Source: Oopsacas minuta (lineage: Eukaryota > Animalia > Porifera). Taken from it: a DNA stretch of 64,000 nt. The translations under genes were made by a program, and so were the position numbers. Shown here in pieces: positions 42,901 to 51,900 of the stretch (its first letter is position 1; each line of letters opens with the position of its first letter). Location of the stretch: positions 705,068 to 769,067 of the forward strand of contig JAKMXF010000122.1 of assembly GCA_024704765.1 (NCBI GenBank). Direction: 5' to 3'. Below the pieces are notes generated by a model, which was not told the origin of the DNA, made no database searches, and saw nothing but the letters and a program-made list of their open reading frames with translations.

Positions 42901-45900
42901 AAGCGGCTTCCACTGTAATTAATTATTTTAGCCCTAGTCCAAAAATTATTAACCGCCATGGCCTTATGTATAGAATGCTCTGGTAAATAATAATATTGCT
43001 TCAAATTGTAGTGTTGGTGGATTTTTTCCCACATTTCTTACTGTTGTTAAGAATTTACATTGAATTAGTGGTAAAAATGCTCCTCAATGTTGCCAAAGTT
43101 TCAATGCCTCTTAGATTTTGTTCTGGGTGTTATAAAAGTTTTAAACACCCAGAACAAAATCCTATCTCTTAATAGGATCAAACTAAGTTATCCTACTGGT
43201 ACTCAAGCAAAATTATCAGTTACAAGTACTATAAAATATTCGTCTTGGTTTGTGGCCGTTTTCATTAATATGAGCAAATATGTTGTTCTTCAGAATTATC
43301 CTTACGTTTACGAATCAACTTATCAACATCACCACATTTAAGTATTTCGTTGTGTCCCAGAATCTAATATTATCTATTAGATTTTGCAGTCGATATAAAA
43401 CTTCCTTTCTTTCACTAATTAACTTATAGTATTGACCCTTAGTCAACAACCACAACCGTTGCTCAGTGATTTTTGGAATCAATAATTCTGTAAAACGAAC
43501 CTCCCAAAGATATCCATTAGTAGTAATATTATGTAGAGTGAAAGTTTAGGTCGAATTCCGAATTCCAATATTTATAACTCAGATTCAATAATTAGATTAG
43601 AATGTTATTGTTATCAATTCATTGTTATGTATCGTCTAATGTATTAATCATTAGTCAATTTGGTGACCTAATCGGATAGGGAATAGATGTTTTCTATTTA
43701 TACCTGAGTTTCTGTTATGATTAAATACTCAGACAATCCGTCAAATTATGTGCATGTATTTTCAGTCAATTTATAAATTACCTGAAAATTCCATCATATT
43801 ACCATTTCACCATGTGAATTACTCAATTTACAAATTGCCTGATGTTACACATAGACTGTGACATATCACATTAAAATTTACAGATTGTATTACCTGCTTA
43901 TTAATGCCATCATCATCATCTTCAACCCGATTAGCTATTGAAGTATCGTATACAACACCAAGAGTCATGTTTTCATTTAATACAATTGTCTGTCTTGTTT
44001 CATTGAATTCAGGTGAATTATCATTGACATCGGTAATAGTAACATTAATCTGAGCAGTAGAAGTAAGAGGAGAGTGTAACCCATCAGCTTCATCTATAGC
44101 TAACACCTTAAATGTGAACTGGTCTTTTATCTCTCTGTCAAACTCAAGACGTGAACTGAGTAGACCTGTACTGGCAGAGATATCAAAAGATTCAGAATCT
44201 GTAGAGCCATCCAATGCAAAAATAATTGAGTGAGCCTATGAATTGGAAAATGATTGAAAGATGGATAGACATAGGTTAAGAATATTATGGAAGATGGTAA
44301 AAATGTGTAGAAATATAAATGTTCTTTGGTAATTTGTACAAAGCGAAAGGATAGGGCATAGTAATTCGTGTGTGTGTCGTTCAGATAATATATTAGTAAC
44401 CATGGCAATGTTTTCCAGAGGTACACCGTTCCCTAGCCTGGGTTCGACCCTTGGGATAAGTACGTTCCTCTAATCGTCCACTAGTGTATCACTTATTCTC
44501 ATATAATTAGATTTGGCAAAATATTCATCTTCAGCTAATGTTCATTACATTAGATGCAAGGCTAGGACAAATTTTCAGTATTCAAAGTCTACAATAAAAC
44601 ACGAGCATAGACTATGAGGCTATGACACGTGTAGATCAGCTCACAGTATCATCATCTGTTGCTTGTACCAAGAGAACAGCTCTACCGATTTGAGTAACCT
44701 CAGAAATGTCAGCAGTATATGTCAACTGAGAGAAAGTAGGAGGGAATTCATTCTCATTCGTTATGCTAATGAACAGTGTAGTTACTACAGATGCTTTTGG
44801 AGTCTGATCCTCCTGTGCTGAGATCACCAGGGCGTAATCAGGATGTTCTTCATGATCTAACATCGTAACAGCTACTGATATCACACCTAGATACAGACAA
44901 TATATACGTATAAAGTTGAAGAAATTAATATAATAGAATAAGTATAGCAAATGCTTGTAATACGTCTAGAACACAACAACATAATATATATAGCACTAGT
45001 CGAGTTGGATGGAAAAAGTGATATATTTAGCTAGTTCCATTAATAGTACATAAAATTCCAACCAAATCAGGAGAGACAATTATTATCAAGTAAATTTCCT
45101 TTTATATGGCCTATTACTCATACTCTCAGCTGTTTATCAGAATTTACAAAGAAATCTTCAAGATTTTAAGTCATGGCACACAATTGCAATGTAATAATAT
45201 AATATAGCCATATAGGCAATCTGAAAATATCTTTACAATCTCAGGAGTTACTACCAGGAGATTACACATTACACACAAGGTTTCCGAGCAGGCTCCTAAC
45301 GCTTCTTATCTAAAATTTCATACGTCTAAATCAGTAAATTAGTGTTACTGTTTAGGGAAAAATCCTAAAATCTCAGGTTCTTAAGAATAATCCATCAAAA
45401 ACTTGGAGTATCCAGCACTCCTAGATAATCCCTTAGTTCCTATCCTTATGAAATATACTAAGAACTAATGGGAGCGGGAAAAAGTGGGTCCAATCGGGTC
45501 GCTGTAACACTTTAAGGAGTAAATAAATAATAATAACCATTAGCACTACAGATTTAGCCATAAAATCTCTTTTAATGCAAAATGACGAATAAAGAAACTT
45601 TTTGTCGGTCGAATGTTGTCCCGTAGAATAAAGACATTTTGAGCAAGATTGTTTAGGAGTAGGCATAGTGTTGTATGTTGGGTTTGGGTCACGAGTCTAT
45701 AAAAATTAAATACAGTGGAACATCGTTAATACGAACACAGTTAATACGAATTCCGAACAAAATATTTACACAAAATAAGGACCCAATAATAAGTAATCAT
45801 TTGATATACTCCGGGTAGGTAATACGAACTCGAGATAATGCAAACAAATTTGAACATCCGTTTGTATTAGTATCAAATAGGTTCCAATGTATTAAAATCT

Positions 45901-48900
45901 AAGTAATGTCACCTAGTAATGTCCACGATAATATATTTCGCGTTTAAAGGTTCAGAAATAAAAAGTACGTGTATAGTTGTTTTTATGATATACGAGTAAA
46001 GTAAATAAAGGAAATAATTGAGATACCGAAATATTCGTAAGACAAGTTCTTACACAGGTTAACTAAGAAGAATCTGGAATTACAGTAGACCTCGGATATC
46101 ATGTTCCTCGTCGGGAAACAAATATTTGTACGTACTAACCGAAGTATATCTTATCCGAATATTATTCATATACAATTGTTACAAGAATAAAATACGTTTT
46201 GGAGAAAGTACGTCATAAGCCGAGTAATTATTAACCGAGTTCTACTGTAGTCTGTGGAAAGTAGTTAAATACAGTAATCATGATATGATGGATATAAAAT
46301 TACTATTCTAAATACAGCACACAATAGGGCAGTAAATATTGAGTTAAGAATACCTCGAGAAGGAAATCGGGAAGAAATGAGCCAAAAGTACGTAATAATT
46401 AAATTGCAATAGCTGAATTGAATTTGCTAAGTATTTGCTTGTCTGATTGTAAATTGTCGAGAAAAGATTTGGTATATAATTAGGATTTCGGATAAACATC
46501 TATTCATACATAATACATACCAGTAGTAGGATCAATTGTGAAGCTATCTAATCCACCAATTTGATCATTTCCAAATATGATTGAGTAAGTGAATGTAGTA
46601 GCAATTAATGGATGATCAGTGTCCTCTGCTTGGACGGTAAAAACGACTCCTGTAAAATTTTCTGATAGGATAATTGATTGGTCTGTAGAAGAAGACAAGA
46701 ATATCGGATCTTCATCATTGATGTCAATAATAAGAACTGTAACTTGGGTCTAGAAAAAGATGGAGAAATGAGATAGCTGGTCAGGAGATTTAGAAGATTT
46801 CCAAATAATAATAGAATCGGACAATCGGTATATACAACACTCCTTTGGGTTTAATAGATTATGTAAGGTCCAAATAGACGTGTGCAGCATTCTGCGAATC
46901 ACATTAATTTAATGGAGAATAATGTACAAATTAATATAAAGGGTGTAAGACGAACTGTTGAAGTGTTGTGACTTATTCAATCTGTTGATCAAAAGATTCA
47001 CAACATGTATTCAAATAGAAATAATATACCTAACTATCATGCAATATGTACAAGACAGTTTTCAGTATATCTATAAATCTGAACTGGTGTCTATTTGTTT
47101 ATTTGTTTATTGGTTTATTATTTGTCCACTGTTAGTTCTCAAGGATTTATGGCTAGATATTGCATAACTATGTATTTTTATGTTTATCAAGAAAGTGAAT
47201 ACGAAAAAATCTCAAATCACAGTCTGTGCCGACGAATTTTTCCCTTGCCACTGTTAGTCGGATACTTATTTCACCTCCACGGCATTAAATGGAGTGAAAA
47301 TATGATTAATCTAAACTATTAAAATACAATTAATCTCTGTGACGCTTATGTATGTGTATATATATGTTTGTATGTCCAGAATTGAATTAAGAATCTGTAA
47401 GCCCCCCCAGGGCTGATTTTTGGCATACAGGGGTATTCGGGGCCTGGCTCGGACAAGTTGGAGTCTTGGATGAAAATTCACACTATTAACCACTGCTCAG
47501 TCAATATACATAGTAGTAGTTTGAAATTGGTACCCCTCAATTGGTCAAATGTCCTGTCGTCATGATTCTGACCAAATGCAAACTCAACACTCCATACTCG
47601 ATTACCCCTTAATAGCTTTTGAGATGAAATTTCTAGCATCATTTGAAATATGTGGAAGAAGGTGAATCATATCAATAAGGAATCAGTTAAATAATTATGA
47701 TACATTACGTATTAAGACAACAATCATTAGAACAATAACTCACTTCAGTAAATACTATACCACTAGGACCGGGTTGAATGTTGGTAGCGCGTATGGTTAG
47801 TTGGTAAGATGGAGTCGTTTCAAAATCTAAAATTTTTTCTACACCAACAGATGGGTCAAGAGTGGTTCTGATGTTACCATCCGAGTCAATAGCGAAACGT
47901 CCATCAGCTCCTGCTTCAATACTAAACGTAGATGGTTGATTGTTACCGATATCAGCGTCTGTGACCATTATGGGTTGACCAGAAGGATTAACCTATAAAC
48001 AGTTCAAATCGTGAAATTATTGTGCGTATGATGATCGGAAATATCTACCTAATATAGCGAATTGTTTAGGAGAGGGAAGAATGATTTCATTTAGTAAGGA
48101 ACAACATAATAACAGGTCATAACATAACGTATGAAAATTTATTTTTCTAACCATAACCTAGATTGCTATATACAAACTCATAATACTAAATAGGTGGCTG
48201 GAATAGTTCTATGTAGAATTTAGAAACCTAGATTCCTGGTTAGAAAGACCCCTAGGAAAAATTATATAATATACAAAAACGAAGACAGTGTTGCTATTAA
48301 GTATTAAATCAGCATAAATCCACACATGTGCAATAGCAAACCTGCAGCACGGAAGTGTTGATAGCGATGACGAAAATTGTAAGACATTGATGAAGACATG
48401 GAGGATCAAAATAATCGTTACTTTGAAATTATACTACCTTTACCCATAGCCTACTAATTACGGCCATACATGATAGTACAAATTAAGCCTACAATCTTTG
48501 CAACATGAACTTTTGTGGGGTAAAAACTCCAAGGAATCAATTAAGGCTACTCATAAAGTTTAACGGCCATCCTTCATCTAGTCTAGACGCAATTATACGA
48601 TGACGTTAGCATTTATATTTGAGTATTTTTGTTTAAATAATACACATTCTAGCCAAAATTATGCTAGGATGTTTGAATTTGTTCATTTACATCACAATCA
48701 AGATAAATACAAGTTCGAAAATAGCTTATTGGAAGAAAGAGTACACAATATATACCTTTGATATGAAAATTCATTATTGAATTTATTGAAATTGAAATGG
48801 GCCAGGAATTGATTTTAAAGCAAATATGCTGAACATTTATACAGTATGGATGGAATATTGGATAGAACACATTAATCCAAGGAAATACTAAAATTCAAAA

Positions 48901-51900
48901 ATTCAAAAATTCATATTTTCAATCGAGCCTAAGCTAGATGAAGAATGGCCGTTTGAACTTATTAAGTAGTCTTAATTGATTCCTTGGATTTTTAGCCTAA
49001 AAAGCTTCAATTGACAAACATTGGAGGCTACATTTATCTTTTATGAGATTTAACACCTGGACTGTTATTTTTTACTATGATTCAGCAGCATTTATAGCCG
49101 TATTTCAGTAGGCCATGGCCATGCCATGGCCATGCCATGGCCTACTCTATGTATTAAGATAATATTCTTTATACACATTAATCATATTATTAACAATAAG
49201 GAACTCCAAATTTTATGTTATTTCATTAAGTTAACATTTCGGGATTAAATCCTGTGCCAAAATAGGCCAGGTTCGGCCGAGGTCGAGTAGTCGGTTAATT
49301 CATGGTGCTAAGAAGCAGACAATTAGCAAAAGAAATTAGAAAAACAAATAATAAATAATAGATACTATAATTATACATTTGAAATGCAAACTTAAAGGAT
49401 TGTGCACAATAAAGAATAATTCTGGAAAACAGAAAATGCTGTCAATCTTATGTGATAAATACAATGATATAGAGTTATAACGTGTGTAATTATAATTAGA
49501 ACAATATAACTCTATAAGTTGAATAAAATATGAATGAGAATTAAGCAATTGAACTGGTTATGAAAGATGCACCTGAACAGATTCGTAGAAGTAAATGTTA
49601 AACCGATAAATGTGAGGAATGTGAGGAATATAAGGAATATACGAATATACTATTACGTGAATTCGTAGTATAACGTTAAGGATTATGTTAATATACAGTA
49701 CTTGTATAATAGGTTAGTTCTGAAATTAGCTAAAATATTTAAAATACTGGTCAGGACTACGACCATAAGAGACAAGGACTATAGGAAAACTCCAATTACA
49801 ACAGCCCTAAACTACCTACAAACTGGAACCAACTCATACAATAACTAATACTACTCTAAACCGATTCGAAAAATGTAAGGAGTTAAAGTGAAGTTAAAAT
49901 TGAATGTTTATAAAATATGTAAACAGCTGTAACTCTGTAAGTAAGTAATCTTGTGTGATACAAGTACAAACTCATCTTTGGATAGCCCAGAGGAAGAAAA
50001 TATATTATATGCTCCAATAATTATGATAGAAAAATAGATTTCTCGATAATGGATAAAAAATTCTTAAATATTTGTACTTGAAAATTCACAAATCTAACAT
50101 CATTTTTTGTGAGTATGTTGACAAACATGATGAGAACCCATTTCTGAATAGGATTGTGACATTATCTTAACATTAGGTAGCCTATCCTTGAATAACTCAA
50201 TAAGAATAAGATCATACCTGATATCCGTTGCTGACACCCTCTTCAATCGAATAAGAAGATATTCTATTAACAAATACAGGAGCATTGTCGTTTACATCCA
50301 ATAGAATAATCTGTACTATAACTGATGGCAAAAAATTGCTATCTGTCATTCCATCATCAGCAATTATATCGAAAGAGTAAGATGGAGTAGTTTCTCGATC
50401 TAAAACGCTACGAACAGTCAGATTGCCTGTTATTGGATCAATGAGGATTTGAGGAGCATCTGTAACTGAGGATTTTCTAAATGTAATAACATCACCATTA
50501 ACATCCGTTGCGCCAATCTACAATATATCTATAAAATCAACACATAGTAGGTGGAAGTAAGAATGATTAATAACATATAAATATCAATACAGGACATAAT
50601 ATAGATCCTAACAATACAGCTAAAATTTCATCACAATTGAAATAAATAACTGTGAATCTAACAATCAGATCTTTTGACATAGTAGTATGTTAGCCAGTTG
50701 GCTAGCTCCAATCAAATGTATAATTAACAACATTTACTGATGTCTGGATATAGCATAATGCAAAATTTCCATTAATAAATATTTGGAACTTGAGGAGTAT
50801 TATCTCTCGTTTCGACTGTTAAGTTAAAATTCGATTCTGTTTACAATAATAAGTATGGAATCTATACAGCTGAAATCGGGAATTTTGATACCAGAGAGTA
50901 TTTTGTTTATAGGATTTTGTCTATAGGATTTTGTTTATAGGATTTTGTTTATAGGATTTTGTTTATAGGATTTTGTTTATAGGATTTTGTTTATAGGATT
51001 TTTTTGTCTTCATTCCTTGGTTAAGAAATAGAAAAAACCGAATTTAACTGTAATAAATTACGTAAATGTTTCTATTGGTTTTATTTTATTCGTTATCAGT
51101 TATCTGATTAGAATTGGGATTTCTAGGCTGCATTTACTAAGTTAGGTGCACAACCAGATATCACTACGAATATTCATGCCAAATTTTGAGTCTTAATCTC
51201 CAAAGGTGTGAACAGAAGAGTGAACACATAATTTACTAAGAAAGTCAACCATTTTAGAACTGTGCCTGAAACTATAGTATTGTCGGCACAGTAAAAATTC
51301 GATTATTTGATATATAAAATTATCCTGAATTGTACCAATCCTGAGACTGTCAAATTAGATAATATATAATGTAGTATTAATTCATACAAGTGAGAATTAT
51401 TGAATAAATCATGGGAATATGAAATGTTCGAACCTTACGAAGGAGAGGGATGGTGGCATGGCAGAGGCAAAGCTATAGCCGCCTGCAGGGATTGCAGACA
51501 AAAAAAGGCAATAATACAATTTTATGTCAAAAATTGGTTCTAATTACATAAATGCAAGGGTTTTAGGTAGTCCACAATCTACCCAAAATTGTGGTTTACA
51601 TTAATAGAAATTATAGAATTTAGAAGTCACTGAAAATGTACAAAAGTCTGAACCACTCTAATGGCTCTATTTATGAGTCGAGAAAGTAGTTGGTAGCCTC
51701 GTATCGCGTAGAACTATAAATAGGAAGGTTAGTGAGCAAACTGCGAAGTAATAACAAAGCATATTGCAATTTGCAAATCATGCATTGTATCATCTATATG
51801 CGAATCTCAGGGGAGGCAGAGGGGGATGAATACACTGTACATTGCATCCAATTTTCTCAATTGTACAATCAATATGTGCTCATGACCGTTCAATTCACTG

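Noticed and set aside
44425-44455. GGGTTCGACCC B-box/T-loop-like motif (similar near 56225)
   Set aside because: No cloverleaf or A-box; insufficient for a tRNA or SINE call.
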